A stretch of DNA of 64,000 nucleotides, taken from the human T2T-CHM13v2.0 reference genome, Homo sapiens. This document shows positions 39,012-52,970 of this stretch, in pieces. How positions within the stretch are numbered: the first letter of the stretch is position 1; each line of letters opens with the position of its first letter. The notes under the pieces are model-generated. The model saw only the letters and a program-made list of their open reading frames with translations. It was not told the origin of the DNA and searched no databases. The stretch is taken from NCBI RefSeq assembly GCF_009914755.1, contig NC_060935.1. One strand, written 5' to 3'. A program made the position numbers and the translations under genes.

Positions 39012-40619
39012 ATTTCATAAGACAGACAGTGGATGTATATTTATTGTTTTGCAAAATCAGATGCTATTTCACTATAACACAATTAGTAATTCATAAACAA
39101 ATATTACTGAGTATCTTATGTGACTACAAAATATGGCAGAGCCTTGCTACCCAAGGCACACTGGGTATAATATATTTCCTGATGATGTACTACCGAAATT
39201 CAAATTTTGCCTGAATAAAGTAACATTGCAAATGAAAAAGCATGTCACATATGCACATTTTTGCTTGATTAATGATTTATACTTCTTAAGAAAACTGAAA
39301 GACCACAGTAATAAAGTATCAAAAATATGAGGAGTATTTATGTAGTGAACCCAATTTATGTAAGTATGGGTCTGCCCTGCATATGTGCACTTTTGGTATA
39401 ATTAGGCAGAATTCTTGAAGTTCCACAAGTGAATCTGAGCATTGGGGATGCTATTTTTAGCACAAATCTGCTAACTGACTGATTATAACCAGACTTCATT
39501 AAGAATCATATTTCACAAGAGAGGAAATGTTATCAACACATTATAATTTAGATTCAGATAAAACTCCCTGCATCAATTATCAGCACAAATATCTTCCCAA
39601 ACCACTTTTTTGTATGCAAACAAATGAAATTCCTGAGAGTAAATGATTCCCAATGTCATTCACATTATTAGGATGATGTTCATCTTACACAAACTTTGAA
39701 ATGGACTCAATATTTAAGTTAGATGAGAATACTGCATTACTGGTCCTTGAAACGATATTACAGAGTGGGTCAGAATGTGGCAGCAAGATTAAACTATGTG
39801 CATTCAAATCTCTGTTCAATATCTTTTCCTTTGTATAAACTTAATCTCTCTCATCTATAAAAGGATTATGATAAAGACATTTCATACCCCCTAAGATGTG
39901 GGAAAATTAAATAATATATGGATACATGGAAATGCATTCTATGAGAATATATGGAAAGTGTTTGAAACAGAAGTAAGCCTTCAATACAGTTTTATCTATT
40001 ATTAACTATATTTTTTCCACTCAACTAGGTGAAAGAAAAGACCTGAAAATGAATTAGGGAGTAGAAGGTGAGAGGTAAAAGTTTGGAGATAAAAAGCATA
40101 AGTATATTTTCTGAAGGTCAAAATATCTTTCTTTAATCATTGGGCAGACTTTGGTTTATTGATATCTTAGGATCTTGAAAAAACACTTTCTAAGACAGCA
40201 AGATGAAAAACCCCTGGCTGGCAAGAACAGACGGGTGGTGTCAGGAGTGAAAAAGGGAGAACAGGAGGGCATTTTCACTGATGCGACAAGTTTGTTTGCA
40301 ACATAAGGTATTTAACTTTAGGCTCATATTTTAAGCTCTATTTTATACATTTATTTAACAGGCTAGCAGATTGTAGCGCAAATTCACCTTTTGTGCTTTC
40401 TTTCATATAATGAGCTTTCCAAACCATATTATAATGTCATCTACTAAAAGTGCTTTTTCCCTTTCAAATGTAGATTTCAAGATAAATGGGAACTTTTGCC
40501 ACAGATGTTAACATCATAAATGAGAAAGAAGAAAACATATTTTTCTCTATTTTCTCTTGAGTACGGTAAAAAATAAATTTAAAATGGCTTGCCTAAGGAC
40601 CACATCAATAAACAATATT

Positions 40620-40780
40620 GCCAGGCAGCCTGGATTTAAAGCCCTTCCTAGCTGTGTGATCTTGATCAAACTATTTAATCTTTCTAGACTAGTTTTCTAC
40701 CTGGATAGTGGGGATTATAATAGTCCTAGCTTACAGAATCTTTGGAAATTTTAAATGATTTCATATAGAGAAAAATTTTA
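40620..40780 (+). mobile_element. MIR SINE
   Basis: 'cctagctgtgtgatcttgatcaaactatttaatc...ggggattataatagt'. Confidence 0.6.
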
Positions 40781-41750
40781 TAAAGCAATTTTAAATATAA
40801 CTACCCATGATTTTTGGCCATTCTATTATTATCAGTAATTGATTTCTGCTGGAATAAGTCTTATCGAATTGTTTCTTATAAAGGATCTTACAAATGTACT
40901 TAATATTCCAAATATAACTAAGGAAAGACCAGACACACACATTTGTAAAGATGGCTATCCATTCCATTTAACACTCCAGGGAATCTACACTATGGTCAGG
41001 ATAGCCACACTATTTTAAAAATAATAAAATATATCAGCTACCCCTCTTTGAAACAGTGGTGTTCATACCTCTAATTGTGAATATGATTGGGCACTTTTAT
41101 GAGTAACATTCCATAAGCTTGTCTTGTGTCTCACCATCTTGACCTTAATTAAAGTCAAGTCTTCTGCTACTGGGCAAACCCAGGTGTCCTGAATGCCTTC
41201 ACAAGTACAGAAATAGACAGAATGATTTATGTAGCTGTCTTGCTGGAAAACTACCAAACTATGTTAATAATAAAGATGCTCACTTGGAAAAACTCAATAT
41301 TTGCCCCAATCGATGTAAACCCTTACTTGTAAGGCTTGAAGTAACTGGAATGCTGGTAGGATAGAAGATATGGAAGCTAACTTGCACTGAAAAGCGTTTT
41401 TTCTGGGATCCCCTTAGGTGCTTCACCTGTTCAGCCCCATATGACATGGCTTTAGCACCTGTAAATTAGTTTAGCTTATCGGCACCTCAACAAGTTAAGA
41501 CGATGACTGAATCATGAGTCAGGATGCCTGGGGCAGAAGTGTCCAGGGTCTCTCTCACACTTGAAAATATAATACAATAAAAATCATTTGGTACCTCATA
41601 GGCCCTTAAGTTTATATTTTTATGTTTTATTCCTCTGCATCTGAGGAAAGAAACATCTTTTGTGATAAGAAAACTGAGTTTATATAACATGATCTATTTT
41701 ATATTTTCTGAAACTAGAAACACCATTTAGCTATGATATATTCTAAATAG

Positions 41751-42080
<330 letters not shown>

Positions 42081-43567
42081 GTGTTCTTAATCCACGTGCC
42101 CATGGTTCAGGAAAGCATGGGCTCCAACAATTTAGCAGACAAAGTTTTCTATTCAAGTGTCTTCCTTTTAGACATGACATTGTTTTGCATAGATAAAACT
42201 TTCTCTGCCTCACCTTCTAAACTAGAAGTTCCTGGAAGCCAAAACAAGGTTTGGTTGTTTGTTTTTTTTCCTGTTCCCCAGTTTTTAGCATAGGACCTTA
42301 ATTTCAACAATTAATTTGTAAAACAATTAATAAATCAATTGACAAAATGATTTACAAAGTTCTGAAATCTCTCTTCTGTACAATCCTGCTTAGATGATAT
42401 GATCTGTTAGTAGTATTTCTTAAGGATTGGATAATACAACTTTCCAACTAAAATCTTCCAGAACAATCCAGATTTTAAATATACTATATTGTTGCCACAT
42501 GGACTGTCAGTTTCTGGTTTGAGAAATACAAACATAGTGGATACACTTCATATAACGGGCAAGGAAAACTCTGTAACCTCAAAACCCCTCAACCATCCTT
42601 TAAGCAACATGACCTGAAAGGAAGAGTATGGCCTTTGGGATCCAAGTGACCTAGGTTTAAATGCACATTCTGCTCTTTACTGGAGGTTTTTCCAGGATTT
42701 TTTTTACGTGTTTCTTACTGGCTTTGGAAAACACTGTTCCATCAAACACCTACATGGAAACCAAATATAATAACAGAAAAAGACAGAACGTTTCTCCTTG
42801 GAGCAGAGTGAAGGGCCAGCTCCCAGTTCACTTGGTTATCCCTCTCTACCATGCCCAACTCAACACTCCAAATCCCACTGGGCTCAGGAAGGCAGAGCTC
42901 TGTGAAACAAAGTTGGGAAACCCTAATGTCTTTCAGAATCAGATGACACTTACCTGAATCAAGTTTGTTTATCCTGAAAAGATTTTACAACCACAACACT
43001 AATTTGGACTTTAATTTTCAGGTGATTTCTTACTCTTAGAACCTTTTTTTTTTTTTTTTTTTGGTAGGGGAGGACAGGTTTGTGAATAGTTTATCAAGTC
43101 CTGGGCTCTAACATTTTCTTTAAACTCTGTTTGCAAATTGAGCAGTATCTTCTTTAGCTTACTTCTCTTCCTTCCTATAATCTAACATACAGAGCTGGAA
43201 AAATTCAAGAGGAAGGGAGTTAGACTCCAGCTTTTGATGTAAAAAGGACCATCAGTGCAAGAGATGGGTAGAATTGATGGGGGTGGAGGGGCATCTTTTT
43301 AAGCAATCTTCCACGGCTAGGCCTAAGACCAACATAGGCAACAGTTTTACCAATGGCTCATTATCACACAACACGGGTTGCCATTTTTGCACACTCAAAT
43401 AGCAGTTTGGAATTTGTCAAGCCTTCACTGACTGTTTCCTTACCAGCTTCGTTTTGCCACCCAGTGACAAATACCATGTACTTCGATGAAGTGCAACGTA
43501 CTTTAAAGGCAATGCAATATACTTTAATCTTTCGTTACCATACAATTCAAGTTTTGGCATTGACTTC

Positions 43568-44108
43568 TGTATTAATTATCTATTGCTAATATGAAAAGCC
43601 ACCCCAACAAGAAAAAGTAAAACAATAACCTGGGTCACCCGTTTGGACTAGATTCAGTCAGGTCTTTTTTATTCTGTTTTCAGAAACCTGAAGAAAATTA
43701 ATGAGACAATTTTGACATTGTAATTGTTCATGGACTCAGTTGTGTCTGGATGATCCACAATGATCACATCCATTTGCATAGCCTTTGTTAGGGTTCAGCT
43801 AGGGCTTCTCTGTTCTGTTTTCTCCATTTCTATCTAGCTAAGTCAGGCTCATTCTCATCTTGGTTTTGGTGTTCCCACTATAAACGAAAGAGGTTAAGCC
43901 CCAGTGTGCAAACACCTTTTGAGTCTCTGCCTACGTATAATTTGCTAATATCACATTGGCCAAAATGCCACATGACTAAGCGTACATTCACTGGTTGGAG
44001 AAGTGAATTCATTTTTTTGATGGGTAGGGTGCTACAATCAAATTGCAAAGGTGTGTACGTGCAAGGATGGAAAGAATTATTGCATTTCTCTGTAAAAGCA
44101 ACTTCCCA
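43568..44108 (-). mobile_element. MLT1 (G/H-like) MaLR LTR
   Basis: 'tgtattaattatctattgct...ttgctaatatcacattggccaaa...aaattgcaaaggtgtg'. Confidence 0.7.
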
Positions 44109-45699
44109 TGGATATATTATAATCAATTATAAGTTGTTTTTAATAATTTATTTTTGTCCTAATAATCAAATAATGAAGCTTAAGAAAATCTTTTAAAAAT
44201 GAGCAACAGCAGAATCAAAATTGTTCCTGAAATTGTTCATCACCCACTTGAATTTAGATATACTTTCTTAGAGGTGAGAAAGGAATGTGGAATTATATTT
44301 AGTGTCTTGAGATTTATTCATTATCTTGCTTTCCTTGGCTGTAGGCCAAAATATCCTTGGAATTATATTGACAACTCACAATTTCCTAGGAGACTGGAGA
44401 ATCTGGCTTTAAAATTTGCAGAAACAGATGAAAATTTGAAGCAAAAACCACAAAAGTAGTCTATTAGTAGGTATAGTCTGATCTCCACTGAGATATTAAT
44501 ATAATGAAATCTCAAACATTCTGAGTATTTTTGCACTTCTAGTTCAGTTTTAATTTTCACAGAACAATCATCTAAATTAGTCTACCTTTGATATCAGTTT
44601 AATCCTTACCTAAATGAGGCCAGACGAGCGCATACCGTCTTCATATGCATTTGTCTTGTGGGGAGGAAGTGGAAGCTGGCAGCTGGCAGGCAGCAAAGGC
44701 ACATTTACTCCGTATTGGAGTTCATCATGCCCAGGGTAGAGCTATCTGACACGTCCGTTGCAAGGGGTCAAAGCAAAGTTTGAGAATTATTTATTTTCAT
44801 GATCAAAAAGTCTATGATAAATAAATCAATTTCAGGGAATACAAAACCTTCCTCACTTTCCTTTAGGGTCAATGTTGAGGACTTTAGGCCTTAGGCATAG
44901 AAGATGTAGGAATAGACTGAGCAAAAGACCTGAGAACATTTTCTTTAATGTATATCCCAGCGGATTTCCATCCTAGTGGATGCTTGTCACTCAAAAAGGG
45001 GAATGAGGAAAAGTGGCACAGGATCTGATGAATTAACACATTGTATCTCCAAGGCTAGACCCTGCACGCCAATATTAACTGCCCTCTCAGCAAACTCTGC
45101 AGGGCTGGGGTCATAACTCTACCCCTAGCTGTGGCTGTCTGTTGTGCATGGTAGTTTGGAATCTGATGACTCAAAGCCACCATCCCAGGCAGCAGCCATC
45201 TGTCTTTGGAGTTCTCTCTTCTTTTAATGTTCCATTAACCTCTCACAGCTGGCCTTCCTATGCAAGATCATCAGTTCAGCTAATCTTTCACTGATCCCTC
45301 CCCTTTATGCAGGAGGTTCATCATTAATGCATTCTCCCTCTGCTCCCTGCTTCCTCTCCGCCTACCAGTGCTCTCTATTAGTGCAAGCTGTGCCGGGGGC
45401 AATTCATCCCACTGTCTGCTCAGCACCAGCTTTGTTGGGATTCAGCACCTTTGGGCCCTAAGGCAATGTATGTCCAGGCCCATTAGACACCGGGTTAGAA
45501 GCAATGTGAGGACATCTCCTTGTGTAGGAACATGAACTCTCAGAAAATTGAGCCTCCGTTTCCTCGTTTGGCCTGCTAGTATGCTCCTATTCACTTGATG
45601 TCCTCTCCCATAACTACGACTCAACTTAATTACAATAATAAAAATAGCAGTAACAATAGTTACTATATAATAATAATGCTGTGATATCATAATAACAAT

Positions 45700-45930
45700 A
45701 GTCAACTTCATAGACAGAGTGCTAATGGCCTGGATCTGTGCCAGATGCTACATGCTCCGATTAAATTCTTACAGCATCTTTCTGAGTTAGCTAATTTTGA
45801 TGAGGGAGGATGTACCAGGTCACAGAAAGTTTAATGAAGCTGCCCAAGGCCATCCAACCAGTAAGGAAAAAGCCTGTGCTTGATCTTTTCTTCCCTATTT
45901 TCTTTAAAACTTGAGCTTTTAACCATTATA
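45700..45930 (-). mobile_element. MIR SINE
   Basis: 'tgtgccagatgct...cacagaaagtttaatgaagctgcccaaggccatccaaccagtaag'. Confidence 0.55.
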
Positions 45931-46309
45931 CTTAATAAAAAAAAGATAGCTACCGGTTATGTTGCCTGGGGTTTTACCTGTATCAACATTTCAAAATTAA
46001 ATGTAGTTTAGTATTTAAATAATTAGCAAGATTGATATAAATTAGTTTGGTACATTGAAATATACTGTACATTAAGTTGGTACAAATTTTTAAAATAAAA
46101 TATGAAAAGAATGTTAAAAATAATTTCCAAGTATGATCTGTTAGATAACCAAGAATGCCTTCCTCTTGTCTTCTACTTTTAAGGGGAATATAAGTAGAAA
46201 GGTTTAAGAAGCACTTATGTAAGTAACAGTCCGCCACTAGAGTGTTTTTCAGACACAGAAATGACATGGCTATACTCACATTCAAAGAAGTTCTCTGGAT
46301 AGCTTGGCT

Positions 46310-46750
46310 CCAGCTTAAACTGTGCTACCTCGTCTCTTACTCTCTGTCCCAGCCAAACTGCCCTTTCAGATGCTCTTCAATATTTTACCAACCGTATTCT
46401 CTTTACTGACTGTTCTCTGGCCCTTGAAGGCTCTTCACACCACCTGTTCTTCTAGATAATTGATAGTCACCTTTTAGAGTTCAGTTCAAATTACTACCTC
46501 AGGCATCCTTACCTAATAGACCACATCCTATATCATCAACTCTGATAACCCTGTGAGTCTCTCCTCGGTGCATATTACAGTTCCCATTTTATATTTGTTT
46601 TATGACTATGTGATTAATAATTATTTTCATCAGTTTCAATAGACTAGGAGTGTAATTTGTAAAAAGACTGGGACCATGCCTGTTTACCTGTTCCTACATT
46701 CATTCACAGTACTTGGCCTATATGGATACTCAATAGTTGTTTAATAAAAG
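46310..46750 (+). mobile_element. L2 3' end
   Basis: 'ccagccaaactg...ttcagttcaaattactacctc...gggaccatgcctg...cacagtacttggcc...atactcaata'. Confidence 0.65.
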
Positions 46751-47214
46751 AAGGAAAGAAAGAAAGGATAAAGAATGATGGAAGGAAAGAGGCATATTAA
46801 ATGCTGAAATTACCCATTATTATCAACCTGGCATATGCAGGAGGTCAGCCCAGATAATTTTCACCCATGCTGGGGCTCCCCATGTTTCTCTGTTTGAGGC
46901 CATTCTTTGAACATGGACATGTTTGCCCTCCACATTGTGCAGTTTACAAGGAATAAGAATTATAGCCAAAGGAGGGACCCTCCATTTATAGAATTTCAAG
47001 TCTGTAAAGGAATATCCCCTTTTCTTTACCACTTAGTGGATGACTCCTAGTGGAAAGAGCTCATCATCCACAGTAGAAACATTCCAATCAGTGGACTTTC
47101 TCTTGGCTTTCCTGGACACCCACTTTCACTTCTCTACTGCTAGATCACCATTAAATAGACTACTTACACTCAAATTTCTTTCTCATGGTTTACTTTTGGG
47201 GAACCCGAAGTAAG

Positions 47215-47668
47215 ACAGGAAGAAAGGAGATAATATGTTAAGGTAGAAGGAGGAAAGAAAAAGAAGTAGGAAGTAAAAAAGGAAAGAAATGAGAAGGAAG
47301 AAAGGAGAGGAAACAAGAAGGTGGGAGGAAGAAAAGAAAAGTTAGACATATAGTTGGAAAAACGGAAAAAAGGGAGGAAATAAAGGAAGGATGAGAAATA
47401 AGAAAAGAAGGACAGTGAAAACAAGGTAAAAATAATGAAAGAAAGACTAAAAATGAAAAAAATAAAAGAAACAGAGAAGTGGAAGAATGGGGAAAAGAAA
47501 GAAGAGAGGGAAGGAGGAAAAGAAGAATGAAAGAAAATATAAATAAAAAGAAAAAGAAGAAAGAGGGAAAAAGCAGGGGGAATACATAAGCCAAAAGAAA
47601 GAATGAAAGGAGAACAAATAAATAAGTAGGAAGAGACTGGGGAGAAGCAGAAAAAAAAAAAAAACAAG
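47215..47668. repeat. Purine-rich (GA-rich) low-complexity tract
   Basis: About 450 bp predominantly A/G on the plus strand. Confidence 0.95.
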
Positions 47669-49546
47669 GCAGAACTTTAGGTTAAAACAAAATAGAAAAA
47701 CGGAGACTTATTTTGAGCAGAAAAAAACATGGACTTAGAGAAGCTGATGGCAGGGAGACAAAGAGGTTGTTGGAAGAACATTTTCCTACACATACTAAAA
47801 TTGTACTTTTTCTCTATAATGCAAACGAGCATTTCCTCCTGTCTGGTTAAGATGCCCAGCTCAGTGCCAAAGAGCATATCCTGGATGACAGCAAGACAGT
47901 TTTGTTTCTGTCTCAAAGGACTGATTTACCTGCCCCCCATGTTCATGCCAAGTTTTCCTTTGGCATGTATATGCCTGGGGTTCCATGGCTGTTCCCCCAA
48001 AACAACGACCTTAACAAATATCGGTTGGGGCAGCTGCAAAGCAGCAGCAGGTTAAATATTCTCAACCTTGAGTATTTCAGTGCATTTTAGGACTCAGAGG
48101 ACAGGTGTAAGATAGGTTCACTGTGCCAGGGAGAATACACAAGTCAGAACCAAAGTTACCAAAGCAGGACAAATGCCCATCATCAGTAGGATGTTTCACT
48201 GTGGTTTAATACTTTCCTATTTATGAGTGTGAAGTATTTTATTCTGTCACAACATAGTTATTTACAGCCCAGCCTTTGGGAAAATTTTAAAGTTTGTGTT
48301 CTTTTCAGCCATCTTCATTTTAAGTATTTTTTTCTTTCCCTTAGATATAAGGAATTGAATTAACCTCAAAGTCAGAAATGAAAATCAAGAGCTTACAATT
48401 TAGTTTGTTCTGCCACCAAGTGATGTGGCCATAGAAACCACTTCATTCCTCTGTGTCTTTCTCCAGAACAGTTCAGATCAACTCAACAATATTCCAAGTG
48501 GGCTTTGCAGAGCATCTTCTGGACTAAGTAGAAGGAGAAGGAGAAGGAGCCAGACCTTCCCTGTGGCCATGCTTTCTCTAAAACAGCCCTGATGACTTAC
48601 TTTTTCAGGTTGAGGTCTGAGTAAGCCTCCATATTATGTAATAATAATTATATTATTATGTAATAATATAAAATAATGATATCAATTATCTTTACAGTCC
48701 TTTTCATGCCTAAAATTCAAACTCCATAAACAAGCAAACAAACCAAGACAAATATCCCTTAATAAGAATTTAAGTTAAAAATAGCATTTTCTTTAAATGG
48801 AAATGACAGAATTATTAAAAAGCTAACTGTAAGTATATATTAAGTTATAGAGACATTATAGCCACACCTGACAAGTGTGTTTCTGTGGGTCTAATTATTC
48901 TTACAATTCTTTAACTTCCCCAGCAGACCGAAAGGCTCCTACTGAGCTTTCTGAGAGCCCTGAAAAAGTATGTCTTTAAAAGGGTAGCTTAAGGGATGTG
49001 TCACCTTCCCATCCCTGTGCTCTTATCAAAATGTCAGAGGAGCACATGCAGAGACGATGTATTTCCCCTTCCACCTGCATTTAGCCTCTGTGGACTAGAT
49101 GGGTATCACAAAGGCTGAAAGAAAGAGGAAAATATATTAAAATGTTTTTTTTACCTTAAGTTTCCTCTGTGGTTTGTCCAGGCCAGGAGAGAAGTCAAAG
49201 ACACTTCTCTCCAGGGTTGGCAATTTCCAAGAGATCCAGCCATGTACAGAGTAGCAGTGGGGTCAAGGAAGAGGCAGCTTCTTCAGGACTCTCAAGCTCC
49301 AGCAGGATTCTTGATCCATCTACCAAAGAAGCAGGGAGGGGTGAAAGGTGTTGAGGAGATGAAATGCCAGGGTGAGAGGCAGTTCCTTGCTTAGTGGGTA
49401 GCTCCCATTTAGAGTAAGAAAGGGTCCCTGGACAGGTACAGCAATTATATGAAAATGGAAATGTTCTGTATATTTATGAACTCCATCATATACTTCCTTA
49501 TTTTTATGACCCTGAGGGATGGAGGACTGTCTTTTGTTTGTTCTAG

Positions 49547-49593
49547 GGTTTACAGTCAGGGCTCTCACACCAGGTTTCAATTCACAGCTGCAG
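49547..49593 (+). other. Candidate 47-nt exon
   Basis: 'tcttttgtttgttctag|' and 'cag|gtaaga'. Confidence 0.3.
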
Positions 49594-49779
49594 GTAAGAC
49601 ACTGTTCTGGGGCTCCCAGAATCCCTCAGATCTTCCAAGAGAGATGAAAACCTCCATCCCCAAAAAGAGAAAACTCTCTATTTTCAAGTGGACTGTTCCT
49701 ATCAAGAGAATTCTATGAAATGTTAATTTTTTTAAACTTATAATATTGATTCTTTTCTGTATAAAGAAAATGAGAAGCA

Positions 49780-49970
49780 GCACAGTAAAACAATGATAGA
49801 TTAAAAACATTTTGAACCTCAGTTCTATTTTTTTACTAGTTGGGTGACCATGGACAAATCATATCTTCTAAGTCTGTTTTTTAATCTGAAAAATATGAAC
49901 AATAAAACTCATGTCATCAAGTTGTACGCTTGTAAAAAATCTCCTAGCATGTTGCCTAGTACATAGTTCA
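49780..49970 (+). mobile_element. MIR SINE
   Basis: 'ttactagttgggtgaccatggacaaatca...atctgaaaaat...gttgcctagtacatag'. Confidence 0.6.
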
Positions 49971-50189
49971 TCTAGTTTTTTTAATTGACAAAGTTCAAAA
50001 CACTTTGTAGAACTAATCAGTTAAAGATTTTTTCTAACAATGATTTATTTAAATTATTATTGAGTCTTCATTTTCATTATAATCATAGCTTCTATATACT
50101 ACCAGAATATAATTATAAACATTATAAAATATTTGAATGCCAAGGTAAATTTGTTATGTAATAGGAAACCACCAAAGGCATTTGAGCTT

Positions 50190-50650
50190 GAGATTCATTA
50201 ATTTCTTGCATACATACCTATTACATGCTTAGGTGTCATGCACTCATGTGTCGGGCACTGTTCCAGAAGTTGGCAACAAATGGGTTTAGTAGACAAAAGT
50301 TATAAAGTTTACATTCTTGTGAGGATAAATGAGGAGAGATGTTCTATCAAAAATGATCATCTGAGAGCAGAGTTCAGGAATTTAATAGAGTGAAAAGAAG
50401 ATTGAGTGAATGAAGAGAGAGATACAAAGGTGATGGGAAGGCAAGGGGGAAGATTGATTTGGAGGGAGAGTAGAGAGTTCTGTTTTAAAATGTTGCCAAG
50501 GCATCTAGTTACATGTCTCCTGAACACATCATAAATGGTAGACTGTGGTTTGGGAGAGACTTCAAAATCTGAGTTTAATTTGCACTAGAATAATTCTGAA
50601 GTTTAAAAAAGTATGAAAGTGTAGAGTAGGAAGAGAAAAGACGAAATAAA
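50190..50650 (-). mobile_element. L2 fragments
   Basis: 'attcattaatttc...gggcactgttccag...gagttctgttttaaaatgttg'. Confidence 0.45.
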
Positions 50651-50869
50651 TAAAATAAAAATAATCTCATAAACAATGAGATTTTTCACCCTTAAACAAT
50701 GAAGAAGGTAGGTGAGCTTACCCAGAAGCAGTCCTGGGAAAATCAGCGTGTTGAGAACTTCCACACTGAAATCTGCTTAAATGTCCAATACACACTTCTG
50801 TTGTCTTATCAAGGGGAAAACATGTCATAATCCATGACAAGAATTGGAAATTTCTCTGAATGTGCCCTG

Positions 50870-51135
50870 AAGCAAACAGAGTTATTTACTCAGCCAAAGT
50901 AGTTCAATAACCTTATTGCTTAGAAAATGATTGTTTCTTCTCTGTGGAAATAATTTTACTTTCTTGAAAGAAGCCCAAGGAACTGACGTAGTTTCTCTCA
51001 GAAAAGATTAAGAAAGTTCTGGGCTGATGACATGAGAGTTAGTGACTCACCTTGGGAAGTGCCGCACATCAAATTGAGTTGTCAATCTGCAAATAAACAT
51101 TATTCATGTATTCCATTTTAAATTGAGTCACCAGA
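50870..51135. promoter_or_regulatory. Candidate AP-1/FOX enhancer motif cluster
   Basis: TGACTCA 51043-51049, TGAGTCA 51124-51130, TGACGT near 50984, forkhead-like TATTTAC (~50883) and ATAAACA (~51093) in unique sequence. Confidence 0.3.
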
Positions 51136-51649
51136 TATGCTGTTGCTTTTGTAATGAAGAAATGTAACAGGAATAATGAAACCTATGCATTACTAAAATA
51201 CCAAATATGAAACTATAACAATAATATCAAAATAACAGATATTTACTACAAACAAAATATCAAATGTGGAAGTATAATTCAAGAATAACTAAAGAAATTT
51301 AAGGCAATTGCTGAATGCGTGCAGCTTTCAGTCTGGTTTAGGAATATATATGTATAGTACATAGTAGATGCCATGTATTTTTAGCTATTATGATAACACT
51401 ATTAATGAATTAACACATCCATGAGATCCATGACTGCCTTTAATGCCTAAACCACATATAATATAAATGCCCTGCTCCCAGAGTGTGTCTCAGAAAATGA
51501 CAATTGTGACTACCTCTTAGTGCCCCAACAGGTTTCTTATTAAACGAATATGTCACTTCTCCTAAATTCTACTTAATTGTTAAGAAGGTAAAACAATGAC
51601 ATGATATTTGATATTCTCTTTCCACCATTTATGAAAATGTTTTAATTCT

Positions 51650-52560
51650 CTTCCTTCTGTGGGCTTCCAAAAGCAAAAGTAATTTATACAAAATATCTAG
51701 TCATTTATCCAAAATGAATTGGTTGTGATGGAATCTGACACACATAATAAAGAAGGGATTCCAGCTTATACCCCTTGTATTGCTAGAAAATTGGGTTTGT
51801 CCGATACTGTATTCTTTCTTTGTCAATAATGCATAGACATCAAGGCTGGACCAACTGATCTTTAGCTCATAGTTGTGAGCTGTTGGATAGCGGTACTGGA
51901 CTAGACTTTGCAAATTTGAAATACAGGCCCAAACCCAGGGTATGTGTCTATTCCAGGAAAGATGAATCACTGACCCATAAATGGTAGAAAGAGTGGCTTA
52001 AGGAATGATGCCATGTAAAGGGCTCAGTGGTGAATTCTCTTTCTGGTATGGTAGGTATGATATTTAGAAGCAGAGGTGGTTACATTCACTTTGATCAGAG
52101 GGAGTCCATGCTGTTGAGATCATGGATGGTTTCCATCCCTGGCCTTATATTTACTCCATTTGTGTGTCTATTATACCAGGACTGGGATGAACAATGACAA
52201 TGATTGGCTGCAGTCAACTTGCTGAGTCATTCTGACTTCTTAGTTATTTAAACCTTCTCTTATGGTAGATGATCTCTAGTGGCTATAAATATGCAATACA
52301 AAGATAGTCACACCGGAGCCTCAGTTCCATAGTTTATTCACATAATTTTTCCCAGACTTCCTTGTCCCTGATCTTCCAAACTTTCTCCTTTCAGATGACT
52401 AACCAATCAGCCAAGGCATTTGCCACTGTCCATGAGGCTATATTTATTCTGACTTTTGGCCACTTATTCTTCCATTTAAAGTAGATAAAGAAGTACACTG
52501 CAGGAAGCTCTGGCCATTGGGAGAATTTAAAAATCTCTGTTGCTCTTCATCTCTGCTGTG
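51650..52560 (-). mobile_element. ERVL-class internal pol remnant (RNase H and downstream region)
   Basis: Minus-strand translation gives SQWPEL, SWTVAN and WKIRDKEVW (52352-52378), resembling ERVL RNase H motifs; disrupted by stops. Confidence 0.75.
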
Positions 52561-52572
52561 TAAGTAGGGCTG

Positions 52573-52970
52573 TGTTATGATCTAAATGTATCCACCTCCT
52601 GCCCCCCAATTTATATGTTAAAACTTAATCTTCACTAAAATAGTATGATATTAAGAAGTGGGACATTTAGGAGGTGATTAGGTAATAAGGAGTTCTCTAT
52701 TGTGAAAAGGATTAAAACCCTTACAAAGATGCTTCACACAGTATTTGGCCCTTTTTGCCCTTCCACCTTCCACCATGTGAGGACATAGTGTTCACCCCTT
52801 TTGCCACGTGAGGACGCAAGAAGGCCCTCAGCAGATAATGGATACTGAATTCCAGTCTTTTGATTTTGGACTTTCCAGCCTCCAGAACTGTAATAAATAA
52901 ATTTTGGTTCTTTATAAATTACTCACTCTCATACATTTTGTTATAGCAGCACAAATAGATTAGAAAGACA
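52573..52970 (+). mobile_element. MLT1A/MSTD-like MaLR 5' LTR
   Basis: 'tgttatg...ccaccatgtgaggaca...ccagcctccagaactgt..aataaa...ttgttatagcagcacaaa...aagaca'. Confidence 0.85.

Noticed and set aside
47170-47667. 165-aa and 118-aa Phe/Ser/Leu-rich ORFs resembling membrane proteins
   Set aside because: Artefacts of translating the pyrimidine strand of a low-complexity tract.
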